From the NCBI GenBank assembly GCA_043823085.1, contig JBDRBE010000004.1:269992-333991 (forward strand): a DNA stretch of 64,000 nucleotides. The letters are read 5' to 3'. Shown here piece after piece: positions 35,593-47,818 of the stretch. The notes under the pieces are model-generated. The model had not been told where the DNA came from. It searched no databases and saw nothing but the letters and a program-made list of their open reading frames with translations. A program made the translations under genes and the position numbers. Within the stretch, counting starts at the first letter, position 1; each line of letters begins with the position of its first letter. This DNA comes from Candidatus Levyibacteriota bacterium (GTDB taxonomy: Bacteria; Patescibacteriota; Microgenomatia; Levybacterales; UBA12049).

Positions 35593-37374
35593 CTATTCTT
35601 GCGCTACTCTCAAAACTTCTTCAACCGATGTTACGCCTTCAATAACTTTAAAATATCCGTCTTGTTTCATTGTAATCATCCCCTCCACGATAGCCTGTTT
35701 TTCAATTGTCGCGCTGTCCGAATTTTCCAAAAGAAGATGAGCAATTTTATCCGAAACAATCATTACCTCAAAGATTCCAACTCTTCCTAAATACCCTGAA
35801 TTTGAGCATGCAGGACATCCTTTCCCCTTATAAAATTTAAATTCTCCCTGCGTTTTTGGTAAAAGGTTTCCCAATACATTTTTAATCTCATTTATTATTG
35901 GAGACGGGGGAGAATAAGACTCTTTGCAATTAGAACAAATTTTTCGAACAATTCTTTGTCCAACCAGTGCATTCATTGTGGAAGCAAGCAAAAAAGGTTC
36001 CGCTCCTAAATCCAAAAGTCGAGGAAGCACCCCCGCGGCATTTGAAGTATGCAACGTTGAAAAAACCAAATGTCCGGTTAAAGCCGCCTGCAAAGCCAAA
36101 TCGTTTGTTTCTTCATCTCTTATTTCTCCAACCAAAATTATGTTTGGATCCTGACGAAGAAAAGACCTCAATCCTGTGGCAAAAGTAAGCCCGACAGCTG
36201 GATTAATCTGCACTTGATTAATTCCTGCTATTTGATACTCAACCGGATCTTCCAAAGACATAATATTAACCCTTGCGGTGTTTAGTTTTGAAAGAATGGA
36301 ATAAAGCGTTGTTGTTTTTCCCGAACCTGTCGGACCGCAAACAATAATTATTCCATGCGGACGTAAAATTGCAGTTTCTAAATTCTTCAAAGTCATACCT
36401 GAAAGGCCAAGTTCGGGAAGCGTTGGTATGCCTCCTGATTTTCGCAAAAGTCTCATCACAATTTTTTCTCCATCAACGGTTGGCAGGACAGAAATACGCA
36501 AATCAACTTCTTCATTTCCTATTTTAAAATTAAAACGTCCGTCTTGAGGAGAACGGTGTTCATCGATTTTCATTTCCGATAAAATTTTAATTCTGGAAAC
36601 GACCGCTTCCTGAACGGTTTTTGGAAGACTCAACCTGTCATATAAAATTCCGTCAATTCTATAGCGAACCCTGACTCTATCACTTTGAGGCTCAATATGA
36701 ACATCCGAAGCTCGACTTGTAACAGCATATTCTAAAATAGTTGTGACAATTTTAGCAATTGGCGCCTCTTTAATAATTTGCGATATTTGATTGCTATCGA
36801 CAACTCGGGTTTTAGGCATTTCCTCAGTTTCTCTTAGAGCTTGTCCGACTTCTGTTACTAATTCTTGACGATATTGTTCTTCAATAACTTTTGATATTTC
36901 CGAAGGAGTGGCTGCAAACGATTTGACGTCAAGCCCTGTTTTTTGACGAATAAAGGAAATCGCTTCAAGATCTGCAGGATTACCCATGGCAACAGAAAGA
37001 GTTTTATTTTTCTCGTCGTATAAAAAAGGGATTACTTTAAAACGCTCGGCAACTGCCCGCGGAATTAAATTTATGGTTTGGGGAGAAAATGAAGTAGTTG
37101 CAAGCGATACGAAAGGGACTCCTAAAAGTTTTGCACGGGCTTCTGTAAATTTATCTTCGGGAACAAGATTTAAAGCTTCTATAATTTCTCCAATAGGTTT
37201 TCCCTCCGTCGCGCTTTTAACCTTAGCCTCTCTGTATTGGCTCTGTGTTATAAGGCGATCGGCAAATAAAATATCCGCTATATTTTTTGGCGTCTGACCG
37301 AAATCCTGCGGTATGCTAGCTTTTCCACTTAAATCCAAACCCGATGTTGCTTGATTGTAAAAATCATTGGGCAT
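35593..37374 (-). CDS. pilB: type IV pilus assembly ATPase PilB (GspE family)
   Basis: GPTGSGKTTTLY Walker A; C-terminal tetracysteine CSNC...CPAC; N-terminal GspE-N domain. Confidence 0.9.
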   Translation of the reverse strand: MPNDFYNQATSGLDLSGKASIPQDFGQTPKNIADILFADRLITQSQYREAKVKSATEGKPIGEIIEALNLVPEDKFTEARAKLLGVPFVSLATTSFSPQTINLIPRAVAERFKVIPFLYDEKNKTLSVAMGNPADLEAISFIRQKTGLDVKSFAATPSEISKVIEEQYRQELVTEVGQALRETEEMPKTRVVDSNQISQIIKEAPIAKIVTTILEYAVTSRASDVHIEPQSDRVRVRYRIDGILYDRLSLPKTVQEAVVSRIKILSEMKIDEHRSPQDGRFNFKIGNEEVDLRISVLPTVDGEKIVMRLLRKSGGIPTLPELGLSGMTLKNLETAILRPHGIIIVCGPTGSGKTTTLYSILSKLNTARVNIMSLEDPVEYQIAGINQVQINPAVGLTFATGLRSFLRQDPNIILVGEIRDEETNDLALQAALTGHLVFSTLHTSNAAGVLPRLLDLGAEPFLLASTMNALVGQRIVRKICSNCKESYSPPSPIINEIKNVLGNLLPKTQGEFKFYKGKGCPACSNSGYLGRVGIFEVMIVSDKIAHLLLENSDSATIEKQAIVEGMITMKQDGYFKVIEGVTSVEEVLRVAQE

Positions 37375-37414
37375 TACTTTAATAATAAGAAAAAATGTGC
37401 TAGCATGTCAATAC

Positions 37415-37460
37415 TCGCAAAGAGTTTCTCGGTTCTTTGTCATTCTGAACTTGTTTCAGA
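37415..37460 (+). promoter_or_regulatory. inverted repeat attctgaa-cttgt-ttcagaat in the divergent pilB/holB intergenic region
   Basis: 8-bp perfect stems read directly. Candidate operator or hairpin. Confidence 0.35.
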
Positions 37461-37484
37461 ATCTCATTAAATACTTTAAAGTCT

Positions 37485-38141
37485 ATGCAAACTTTTATTT
37501 TTGAATCCAACGACCAAACTAAAAGTATTGAAAAAGCGCTAAAACTTTGCCGTGAAGAAAAAATTGATGAGTTTGATATTAGCATTTTTGAACAAACCGA
37601 AGGCTCAATTGGAGTAGAAGATGTAAGAAACCTTCAGAAAAAAATTTTTCTAAAGCCGCTAAAAAGCCAAACAAAAGCAGTTATTATTAAAAATTCGCAA
37701 AATTTAACAATTGAAGCGCAAAACGCACTCCTCAAAGTCCTTGAGGAACCGCCGGAGAATACCGTTATAATACTGACTGTTGCAAACATTGATCTTTTGC
37801 TTTCGACGATTCTTTCGCGGGGCAAGATTATTCAGCTTAAAAAAGAAAGCCTTGAACTTTTACCGGGTGAAATAAAAAAATATAATGATCTTCTTTTGTC
37901 TTTGCCTTCTCTTGAAATAGGGGAGAGATTAAAACTTGCCGAAAGTTTTAGTAAAAATAAAGACGAAGCAATTCTTTGGCTTGAAAAAATGATAATTGTT
38001 GCGCGGAAAAATTTGATTGATGATTCTTCAAATAACCAATTGCTCAATTGCTTAATTTCTTTTCAAAAAGTTCACACCATTCTTTCCACCACTAACGTCA
38101 ATCTCCGCCTAACCCTGGAAAACCTGTTTATGAACTTGTAG
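37485..38141 (+). CDS. holB: DNA polymerase III delta-prime-like subunit (short, AAA+ lid/sensor region retained)
   Basis: AQNALLKVLEEPPENTVIILT...ILSRG. Confidence 0.65.
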   Translation: MQTFIFESNDQTKSIEKALKLCREEKIDEFDISIFEQTEGSIGVEDVRNLQKKIFLKPLKSQTKAVIIKNSQNLTIEAQNALLKVLEEPPENTVIILTVANIDLLLSTILSRGKIIQLKKESLELLPGEIKKYNDLLLSLPSLEIGERLKLAESFSKNKDEAILWLEKMIIVARKNLIDDSSNNQLLNCLISFQKVHTILSTTNVNLRLTLENLFMNL

Positions 38142-38178
38142 ATATCAAGACTCTACATATAGTATAATTAAACCCTGA

Positions 38179-39141
38179 ATGAAGAATGTTGTTGTTACAG
38201 GCTCTCTTGCTTTTGACCATATTATGGATTTCCGTGAGAGCTTTGAGGAAAACATTCTTCCCGATAAATTAAAAACGCTTTCCGTTTCTTTTTTAGTTGA
38301 TAAATTCGACAAAAACTTTGGCGGAGTCGCCGGAAATATCGCTTATAATTTAGGCTTATTAAATCATAAAGCAATTATTTTATCATCGTGTGGCCAAAAA
38401 GATTTTTCACCTTATAAAAAGCATCTGCAAAAAATTGGCGTTGACATAAATTTTATAAAGTCATTAAGAAATAAATATACCGCAAACTTCTTTGTAATTA
38501 CCGATAAGAATAATTGCCAAATCGCCGCATTCAATCCCGGAGTAATGAACAGTGATGCTGATTTGAACATTGACTCCGTTAATAAAAATAACCCGATTGA
38601 TTTTCTTGTTATTTCACCGACAATTCCAAGCGCTATGAATAGTTTTGTCAACCAAGCCAAGAAACTGAACATTCCATATCTCTACGATCCGGCTCAGCAA
38701 ATTCCAAGAATCGAAAAAGAAGAATTAAAAAATGCGATTGATACGGCAGAAATTTTAATCGGCAATGATTATGAAATCGCACTTATCATTAAAAAAACCG
38801 GCTTTTCCAAAAAACAGATTATTGATAAAGTAAAAGTTTTAATTACAACTCTTGGAAAGGAAGGGTCAATTATTGAAACGAGAAGTAAACAATTTAAAAT
38901 CGGTGTTGTAAAACCAAAAAATATTATTGATCCAACCGGAGCAGGTGATGCTTACATTGCGGGATTTTTAAAAGGTTATCTCAATGATCATCCGCTCGAT
39001 GTCTGCGGACAACTAGGTGCAACCCTAGGAACTTATGCCATTGAAAATTACGGAACCCAAAAACACAAATTTTCACTTACTCAATTTAGAAAAAGATACA
39101 CAGAAAATTTTGGAAAGACTTCAGAATCTCAAGTCCTTTAG
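38179..39141 (+). CDS. PfkB-family carbohydrate/nucleoside kinase (ribokinase/adenosine kinase-like)
   Basis: N-terminal GG motif (NFGGVAGN) and C-terminal DPTGAGDAYIAGFL. Confidence 0.75.
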   Translation: MKNVVVTGSLAFDHIMDFRESFEENILPDKLKTLSVSFLVDKFDKNFGGVAGNIAYNLGLLNHKAIILSSCGQKDFSPYKKHLQKIGVDINFIKSLRNKYTANFFVITDKNNCQIAAFNPGVMNSDADLNIDSVNKNNPIDFLVISPTIPSAMNSFVNQAKKLNIPYLYDPAQQIPRIEKEELKNAIDTAEILIGNDYEIALIIKKTGFSKKQIIDKVKVLITTLGKEGSIIETRSKQFKIGVVKPKNIIDPTGAGDAYIAGFLKGYLNDHPLDVCGQLGATLGTYAIENYGTQKHKFSLTQFRKRYTENFGKTSESQVL

Positions 39142-39211
39142 ACCAGGAGTTTTTAATTTTTGAACTGTATTTTTGATTTTTGAACTCAATGATGTTATCA
39201 TTACTTTTTAA

Positions 39212-40468
39212 ATGAAATACGATATCAAAGATATTAGTTTAGACAAGGAAGGTAAATTAAAAATTGAGTGGGCGAGTCAACAAATGCCGGTTTTAAGGCT
39301 TATTGAAAAAGAATTTCAAAAAGAAAAACCATTGGAAGGAATAACTATTGGCGCCTGTCTTCATGTCACAAGTGAAACCGCAAATTTAATGCTGACTTTA
39401 AAAGCAGGAGGTGCAAACGTAATTCTTTGCGCTTCCAATCCTTTATCGACTCAAGATTCTATTGCCGCATCGCTGGTTCATGATTACGAAATTCCAACTT
39501 TTGCCGTAAAAGGGGAAGACAACAAAACTTTTTATAAACATTTAAATATGGTTTTGGATTTTCATCCTCAAATCACTATGGATGATGGCGCAGATTTAGT
39601 TTCGCTTTTGCATAAAGAAAGGAAAAATCAAATTAAAGAAATCACCGGCTCAAGCGAAGAAACAACAACCGGAATTATAAGACTTAAAGCAATGGAAAAA
39701 GAAAAAGTGTTGAAGTTTCCGGTTATTGCGGTCAACGATAGCGATACGAAACACATGTTTGATAACAGATACGGCACAGGACAATCATCAATTGACGGAA
39801 TTTTGCGGGCGACAAATATTCTACTGGCCGGTAAAAATTTTGTAGTCTGCGGATATGGCTGGTGTTCAAGAGGAGTTGCAACAAGAGCAAAAGGCATGGG
39901 AGCAAACATTATAATTACAGAAGTTGATCCAATTAAAGCATTGGAGGCGGTTATGGACGGATTTAGAGTTATGAAAATTCAAAAAGCGGCAAAGATTGCG
40001 GATATAATGATAACTGCAACCGGCGACAAGAGTGTCATTGATAAAAAAGTTATTGATAATTTAAAAGACGGCGCAATAATTGCAAACACCGGCCATTTTA
40101 ATGTTGAAATTGATATTGAATATTTAGAATCTGCAAAGAAAACTAAAAGAAAAATGCGAGATAATCTGGAAGAATATGTTTTAAAAAATGGCAAAACAGT
40201 TTATCTTTTGGCAGAAGGAAGACTCGTAAATTTAGCATCTGCCGAAGGACATCCGGCAGAAGTTATGGATATGAGTTTTGCCAATCAAGCTTTGGCCGCT
40301 AAATTTATAGTTAAAAATAAAGGCAAATTAAAAAATAAAGTTTATGTTTTACCCAAAAATATTGACAGAACTATTGCGTTTCTAAAACTCAAAGGGATGG
40401 GAGTTAGCATTGACCACCTGACTAAAGTTCAAAGAAAATATCTTACAAGCTGGCAGGAAGGAACATAA
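39212..40468 (+). CDS. ahcY: adenosylhomocysteinase
   Basis: [10 protein letters not shown]; NAD-binding [10 protein letters not shown]; TEVDPI; about 418 aa. Confidence 0.9.
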   Translation: MKYDIKDISLDKEGKLKIEWASQQMPVLRLIEKEFQKEKPLEGITIGACLHVTSETANLMLTLKAGGANVILCASNPLSTQDSIAASLVHDYEIPTFAVKGEDNKTFYKHLNMVLDFHPQITMDDGADLVSLLHKERKNQIKEITGSSEETTTGIIRLKAMEKEKVLKFPVIAVNDSDTKHMFDNRYGTGQSSIDGILRATNILLAGKNFVVCGYGWCSRGVATRAKGMGANIIITEVDPIKALEAVMDGFRVMKIQKAAKIADIMITATGDKSVIDKKVIDNLKDGAIIANTGHFNVEIDIEYLESAKKTKRKMRDNLEEYVLKNGKTVYLLAEGRLVNLASAEGHPAEVMDMSFANQALAAKFIVKNKGKLKNKVYVLPKNIDRTIAFLKLKGMGVSIDHLTKVQRKYLTSWQEGT

Positions 40469-40488
40469 CCTCACATCGATTACATATT

Positions 40489-41304
40489 ACCAAAGGTGGC
40501 ATACCTAATCCACCTCTAAGGTGGATTTCTATTGACACCTCTGGTTTTCGACACTAGAATAAATTATGCCCGGAAGAAATACTATTCTTGCGAACGGGGA
40601 AACATATCATATTTTTAATAGAGGAGTTGCCTCTCAACCAACATTTATAGACAAAAAAGATTATCAGAGAGTTATGGATAGTTTCTTCTATTACCAAAAC
40701 ATTACTCCTCCAATAAAGTATTCAAAATTTTTAATGATTTCCGCTAAAGAGAGAGACAATATTATAAATAATTTAAGAAAAAAGAAATTTTTCCATGCTG
40801 ATATCATTGCTTATTGTTTTATGCCTACTCATTTCCATTTATTGTTAAGACAAAATGAAGAAAATGGAATCTCAAAATTTGTAGGAAACTTCACCAACAG
40901 TTATACAAGATACTTTAATACAAAACGGGAAAGAAAAGGACCAATCTTTGAAGGCAAATTCGGTTCTGTAAGAATTGAAACAAGCGAACAACTACTTCAT
41001 GTTTCGAGATACATTCACCTTAATCCTTACTCGTCTTATCTTGTTAAAACAACTCAGGAGCTCGAGTCTTTTACCTATTCATCATTTAATGAATATATCG
41101 CAGGTAATAGTAATCTTTGTAATAAAGACTTCATTCTGGAAAATTTTAAGACCGCTAAGGAATATAAAAAATTCGTTTTTGATCAAGCAGACTACCAAAA
41201 AAAACTAAACAACATTAAACACCTTCTCTTGGAGAATTAGCGGAAATACCAAAGGTGGCATACCTAATCCACCTCTAAGGTGGATTTCTATTGACACCTC
41301 TGGT
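40489..41304 (+). mobile_element. IS200/IS605-like element: HUH (Y1) transposase gene flanked by identical 57-bp hairpin-containing ends in direct orientation
   Basis: accaaaggtggcatacctaatccacctctaaggtggatttctattgacacctctggt occurs at 40489..40545 and 41248..41304. Each copy holds the ccacc-tctaa-ggtgg hairpin. Confidence 0.7.
40566..41240 (+). CDS. IS200-like / REP-associated tyrosine (HUH Y1) transposase
   Basis: HUH motif PTHFHLLL; catalytic Tyr region LHVSRYIHLNP. Confidence 0.7.
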   Translation: MPGRNTILANGETYHIFNRGVASQPTFIDKKDYQRVMDSFFYYQNITPPIKYSKFLMISAKERDNIINNLRKKKFFHADIIAYCFMPTHFHLLLRQNEENGISKFVGNFTNSYTRYFNTKRERKGPIFEGKFGSVRIETSEQLLHVSRYIHLNPYSSYLVKTTQELESFTYSSFNEYIAGNSNLCNKDFILENFKTAKEYKKFVFDQADYQKKLNNIKHLLLEN

Positions 41305-41356
41305 AAAAATTCAAAAAAAATGCGGTGGAAATTTAGACATAGATTTGCTAAAATAG

Positions 41357-43312
<1,956 letters not shown>

Positions 43313-43370
43313 ACGAGCGCGGTCCTGAGATTTATCGAAGGACGAAACTTACTGCTTTTGATGTTTAATC

Positions 43371-43922
43371 TTATTTCGCAGGTTCCGCAAAATTTACAGG
43401 CATAATTTTTCCGCCAAGCTTTCCATTTAACGCATCTCTCACACGCTTAGCTAACGATAGAAAACCATTCAAATCACTCATGCCCTCATCTTCCAGATCG
43501 GGGTCTCTGTCTCTAACCCACAGATTCCAAACCTTGAAGCAACTAGATTGTTTTCCGACATCATCAACCTTTAATTCATATATTATACGAGCAGGAATAG
43601 GAAGAATTGAAAACTCCTGCTGTTCTTTAAAATTCAATTGCAATTTTAACGCAACTGACTGGCTCGTATCAGAAACATCGCAACCTAATTCTAATGACAT
43701 TAAATGAGGCAATTTAAACATTGGAATCACTCTTCCAAATTTCTTCCAATTGATACCCGTTAATTTACACCATCTCTCACGGCTATCTGTTTTTTCCTGA
43801 AGAACCTGCATCTTTTGATGATTGTAAATTCCTTTCACTAAGCCAACAAAAGCCTGCGACTTTTCTTTATCAGCAACTGGTTCACCGCGAAATCTTGCTA
43901 AAACCTCTCTTAAATTAGACAT
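43371..43922 (-). CDS. hypothetical protein (183 aa), moderately GC-enriched
   Basis: ORF directly downstream of gyrB on the opposite strand. No recognisable motif. Confidence 0.45.
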   Translation of the reverse strand: MSNLREVLARFRGEPVADKEKSQAFVGLVKGIYNHQKMQVLQEKTDSRERWCKLTGINWKKFGRVIPMFKLPHLMSLELGCDVSDTSQSVALKLQLNFKEQQEFSILPIPARIIYELKVDDVGKQSSCFKVWNLWVRDRDPDLEDEGMSDLNGFLSLAKRVRDALNGKLGGKIMPVNFAEPAK

Positions 43923-43996
43923 AATTTAATTAGATAGAAAGTATAATGCTTCAGTATTTTTTTATCAGTGCTCGCATCATCTGCTATAATCGAATC

Positions 43997-44326
43997 ATGA
44001 TTCTAATCATCAAAACTAAAGCGACACCCGAACAAATCGAAAAAATGGCGGAGGATTTTGATGGATACATTAAAGTTATTGTTGATGTTGAAAAAAATAT
44101 ACTAGCTGACGGTGGAGAGCGGCATTTTGATGCCGAACAAGAGATGCTTAAACTTGGATCAAAACAAGAAAATCTTTGGGGTGGGGGACTGGATTTAGAA
44201 ACAAAAGAAATTGATTATAATTCTATTATCAACCTTCGTTCTTCTCAAGATAACCCCAGCCGAGACATTCTTTCTTTAGAAATAAGAAAAAAATTTGATA
44301 AAATAATAAAATCACTGCTTTTATGA
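43997..44326 (+). CDS. hypothetical protein (about 109 aa); apparently leaderless start 6 nt after TATAAT
   Basis: gctataat-cgaatc-ATG. The ORF track extends upstream to 43946. Confidence 0.45.
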   Translation: MILIIKTKATPEQIEKMAEDFDGYIKVIVDVEKNILADGGERHFDAEQEMLKLGSKQENLWGGGLDLETKEIDYNSIINLRSSQDNPSRDILSLEIRKKFDKIIKSLLL

Positions 44327-44634
44327 ATAACGAAGCAAAAATTTTGGATATTGCAATGAATTTAAACAGAATCGGAAATTGGGCGGCTGATGGATATGCG
44401 GCGAGACAAAAAAGAATTCATTTATTTTTAGACCAAACGTCTAAATATCTTAATTCTCTTGATTCATCAAAATTTTCCGATTCTTTTAAAAAAACCTTTG
44501 AACTTTTCTTAAAGGAATTTCCAAAACTTGAAAAGTCTGGAAAAAACGGACCAAAAGACGAACTTTTGTGGGCCGAAAAAATAATGACATGGGGAAACAT
44601 ATTGACCCATCGAGCAAAACTTATTAGATCTTGA
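44323..44634 (+). CDS. hypothetical protein (103 aa)
   Basis: ORF overlaps the stop of the upstream gene (ATGA coupling). Confidence 0.45.
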   Translation: MNNEAKILDIAMNLNRIGNWAADGYAARQKRIHLFLDQTSKYLNSLDSSKFSDSFKKTFELFLKEFPKLEKSGKNGPKDELLWAEKIMTWGNILTHRAKLIRS

Positions 44635-45072
44635 ATGAATATTTTCTTAATCTTTACTTGGATTTATTTGGCAATGATTGCTATGTCTTTTTGGGAATCT
44701 GAAGTTGAAGGCCGCAAAGTATGGGATAAAGGAAAATTGGGTTTTAAAATTCACCTGGGCAAATACTGTTTACCCGCTTATCACATTTTTCTCTTCTGGG
44801 TAATGTGGCCGCTTCTTTTAAGCCTTCCGCTGATAATATATGGCTGGAATCTAAAACTTTTTGGTATTTTGGCAAGCGCTTATCTTTCGGGAATTGTCAT
44901 TGAAGATTTTATGTGGTTTATTGTTAATCCGGCAATTAAATTTAAGGATTCCTTTAATTCACAATTTGCCAGCTATTATCCATGGTTGAAACTTGGTAAA
45001 TTCGAAATCCCAGTCTTATATCTTGTCGGCCTCACCCTCTCTGTTCTCTCTTGGTATTTTATTTGGAAATAA
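44635..45072 (+). CDS. hypothetical integral membrane protein (4 predicted TM helices)
   Basis: Hydrophobic segments, Trp-rich. Confidence 0.5.
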   Translation: MNIFLIFTWIYLAMIAMSFWESEVEGRKVWDKGKLGFKIHLGKYCLPAYHIFLFWVMWPLLLSLPLIIYGWNLKLFGILASAYLSGIVIEDFMWFIVNPAIKFKDSFNSQFASYYPWLKLGKFEIPVLYLVGLTLSVLSWYFIWK

Positions 45073-45085
45073 AGTTTAGCTTTTC

Positions 45086-45114
45086 TTGACAAGCAAATCT
45101 ACCTCTGCTAAAAT
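45086..45114 (+). promoter_or_regulatory. sigma70-like promoter TTGACA-17-TAAAAT
   Basis: cttgacaagcaaatctacctctgctaaaat. Confidence 0.5.
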
Positions 45115-45125
45115 CTATTTCACTT

Positions 45126-45515
45126 ATGGGAATTTCCGAAGTTTTAAATAAAGGCAGAGACTCTATACAAATTTGTGTTAAAAATGGTGATCTGCTCAGG
45201 CGTGCTGCTATAAATGAGTTAAGAAAACATCACGAAGTAGTAACTGGAGCTAGTACTGTTATAACAACTGCTGTATTATCTTATCGCGAAGCGCGCGCCA
45301 AAACACTAGCTGAAGAACTAGATCCTGAACTCCAAACAGATCGCACACCAGGCCTTGGAGGCGTTATGAGCAGAATAGGAACGACTATTCGTAATGAAAC
45401 CGCCCTTTTTAAGGAAACGCCAAAAGGGCCAATTATTAAAGCTGCCGCAACAGCCGTAATAGTATTTTTGGCAAAAAAAGCATCAGAGGAAATCAATAAA
45501 CCGTCCTCCAAATAA
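45126..45515 (+). CDS. hypothetical protein (129 aa)
   Basis: ORF downstream of a clear promoter. Confidence 0.45.
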   Translation: MGISEVLNKGRDSIQICVKNGDLLRRAAINELRKHHEVVTGASTVITTAVLSYREARAKTLAEELDPELQTDRTPGLGGVMSRIGTTIRNETALFKETPKGPIIKAAATAVIVFLAKKASEEINKPSSK

Positions 45516-45631
45516 ACTGTTTTTGAAATTTAATCCCTGGGTTTAACGCGGGGAAAATTTTATCTCAACAACTTATAATTAATTCTTAAGTAGCCCTTGA
45601 AAATGGATTAGCCGATTAGTATAATGTATAT

Positions 45632-47686
45632 ATGGATTTATCGTTTTTGTTGGAAAAGCCCGTAACTCTAGCAATGGGTGCAGGAATTTTATCCATCCTC
45701 TACGGAATATTTTTAACCTTTCAAGTCTTGCAAAAACCCCGCGGCGATAAAAAAATGAACGACATTTCAGATGCCATTTCCGAAGGCGCAACTGCATATT
45801 TGAGCAAACAATATAAAGTAGTTGCCCTAATTGGCGTGGTAATTTTTGGAATCCTCCTTTATTTTTACAATTTTGAAACCGCAGCCGGCTTTGCCTTGGG
45901 CGCAATTTTTTCAGCTATTGCCGGAATTGTCGGAATGAATGTTGCAGTAAGAAGCAACATTCGAACGGCTCAAGCTGCAAAATCCGGTCTTGCACCAGCT
46001 TTTAATCTTGCCTTTCAAGGCGGAGCAGTCACCGGCCTTATGGTTGCCGGACTTGCACTTCTTTCTGTAAGCGGACTTTATTTTGTATTAGTACGTATGG
46101 GTCAGGGACATGTTGCCAATCTCCAACCTTTTATCGCTCTTGGTTTTGGCGGATCTTTAATTTCGGTTTTTGCAAGACTGGGCGGAGGAATTTACACAAA
46201 GAGCGCTGATGTTGGAACCGACATGGTAGGAAAAATCGAAAAGGGAATTCCCGAAGATGATCCAAGAAATCCGGGAGTTATTGCAGATTTAGTAGGGGAT
46301 AATGTCGGTGATGACGCAGGAATGGCCGCAGATCTTTTCGAAACTTATGTTATTACCGCAGTTGCGGCTATGATTTTAGGAAGTTTGGCTTTTGGAGGGA
46401 ATACAATTTTAACCTATCCAATGTTAATCGGCGCGGTTTCAATTATCGCAAGCATTATCGGAACCTGGTTTGTCAGGCTCAAAGGAAAAAATATTATGAC
46501 TGCGCTTTATCAAGGACTTGGAATTACAGCTGTTCTTTCCCTTGTTGGTTTTTATTTTATCACAACAACTTTATTTAAAGATATTCCAGGAATGGAAATT
46601 GTAGCAAGTCCTAAAGCAATGCCATTATTTTTGTCATCTGTCATTGGAATTGTTGTAACTATTGGCCTCGTAATAATTACTGAATTTTATACCTCCAAAA
46701 AATTCTCCTCGGTTAAAACAATTGCCCAAAGCTCCAGTACCGGACACGGTACAAATATTATTGCAGGACTTGCTATTTCGATGAAATCGACTTTTGCTCC
46801 GATTATTTTAATTTCGGCCGGAATTTTATTTGCTTATAATATGGCCGGACTCTATGGAATTGCAGTTGCGGCCATGAGCATGTTATCGCTAACCGGAATC
46901 ATTGTCGCCATTGATGCTTTTGGACCAATTACTGACAACGCGGGCGGAATAGCCGAAATGGCAGGACTAGATCAAAAGGTAAGGGATGTAACAGATCCTC
47001 TTGACGCGGTTGGAAATACAACTAAGGCAGTAACTAAAGCGTATGCTATCGGTTCTGCAGGACTGGCGGCTTTGGTTTTATTTGCAAGCTACACACAGGA
47101 ATTGGCACGTTCGCCAAAAGGAATAAATATCGCATTTTCGCTTTCCGATCCGCTAGTCATAGTAGGCCTTTTTATTGGCGGAGCATTGCCTTATCTTTTT
47201 GGCGCGCTTGCCATGGAAGCGGTTGGAAAAGCCAGTATGTCTATTGTTAATGAAGTCAGAAGACAATTTAGAGAAATAAAAGGAATCATGACAGGAAAGG
47301 CAAAACCGGAATACGGAAAAGCAGTTAATATTGTTACCAGTGCCGCAATAAAAGAAATGATTATTCCAACTCTTATTCCAATACTTGCGCCAATTATTAT
47401 CGGATTTACCCTTGGACCAAAAGCACTTGGAGGAATGCTGGTTGGTACAATTGTGACAGGGCTTTTTGTCGCAATTTCTATGACAACAGGCGGTGCGGCT
47501 TGGGATAATGCAAAAAAATATATTGAAGAAGGAAATTTTGGCGGCAAAGGAAGTTTTGCTCATCAAGCGGCTGTGACCGGCGATACTGTCGGGGATCCTT
47601 ACAAAGATACTGCAGGACCGGCAATCAACCCAATGATTAAGGTCATAAATATTGTCGCGCTTTTAATTGCAGCCTTCTTAATATAA
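45632..47686 (+). CDS. hppA: membrane-bound proton/sodium-translocating pyrophosphatase
   Basis: [47 protein letters not shown] motifs; 684 aa polytopic. Confidence 0.95.
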   Translation: MDLSFLLEKPVTLAMGAGILSILYGIFLTFQVLQKPRGDKKMNDISDAISEGATAYLSKQYKVVALIGVVIFGILLYFYNFETAAGFALGAIFSAIAGIVGMNVAVRSNIRTAQAAKSGLAPAFNLAFQGGAVTGLMVAGLALLSVSGLYFVLVRMGQGHVANLQPFIALGFGGSLISVFARLGGGIYTKSADVGTDMVGKIEKGIPEDDPRNPGVIADLVGDNVGDDAGMAADLFETYVITAVAAMILGSLAFGGNTILTYPMLIGAVSIIASIIGTWFVRLKGKNIMTALYQGLGITAVLSLVGFYFITTTLFKDIPGMEIVASPKAMPLFLSSVIGIVVTIGLVIITEFYTSKKFSSVKTIAQSSSTGHGTNIIAGLAISMKSTFAPIILISAGILFAYNMAGLYGIAVAAMSMLSLTGIIVAIDAFGPITDNAGGIAEMAGLDQKVRDVTDPLDAVGNTTKAVTKAYAIGSAGLAALVLFASYTQELARSPKGINIAFSLSDPLVIVGLFIGGALPYLFGALAMEAVGKASMSIVNEVRRQFREIKGIMTGKAKPEYGKAVNIVTSAAIKEMIIPTLIPILAPIIIGFTLGPKALGGMLVGTIVTGLFVAISMTTGGAAWDNAKKYIEEGNFGGKGSFAHQAAVTGDTVGDPYKDTAGPAINPMIKVINIVALLIAAFLI

Positions 47687-47691
47687 ATAAC

Positions 47692-47812
47692 ATGGACGAT
47701 GGAAAATAGAAAATAGATGCTGGAATTTGATGATGGAAAATAGAAAATAGAAATTCTACCCTCAAACATCCAACCTCAAAATCTATTTTCTAGCTTCCAC
47801 CATCTATCGTCA
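47692..47812 (+). repeat. complex repeat region: 19-bp direct repeat gatggaaaatagaaaatag x2 plus inverted partner ctattttctag, bracketed by gacgat / atcgtc
   Basis: Read directly in the hppA-gyrA intergenic region. Confidence 0.6.
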
Positions 47813-47818
47813 AATAGT

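Noticed and set aside
39150-39200. atttttgaact direct repeat between the PfkB kinase gene and ahcY
   Set aside because: Only two short AT-rich copies, compatible with chance in a 33% GC spacer.
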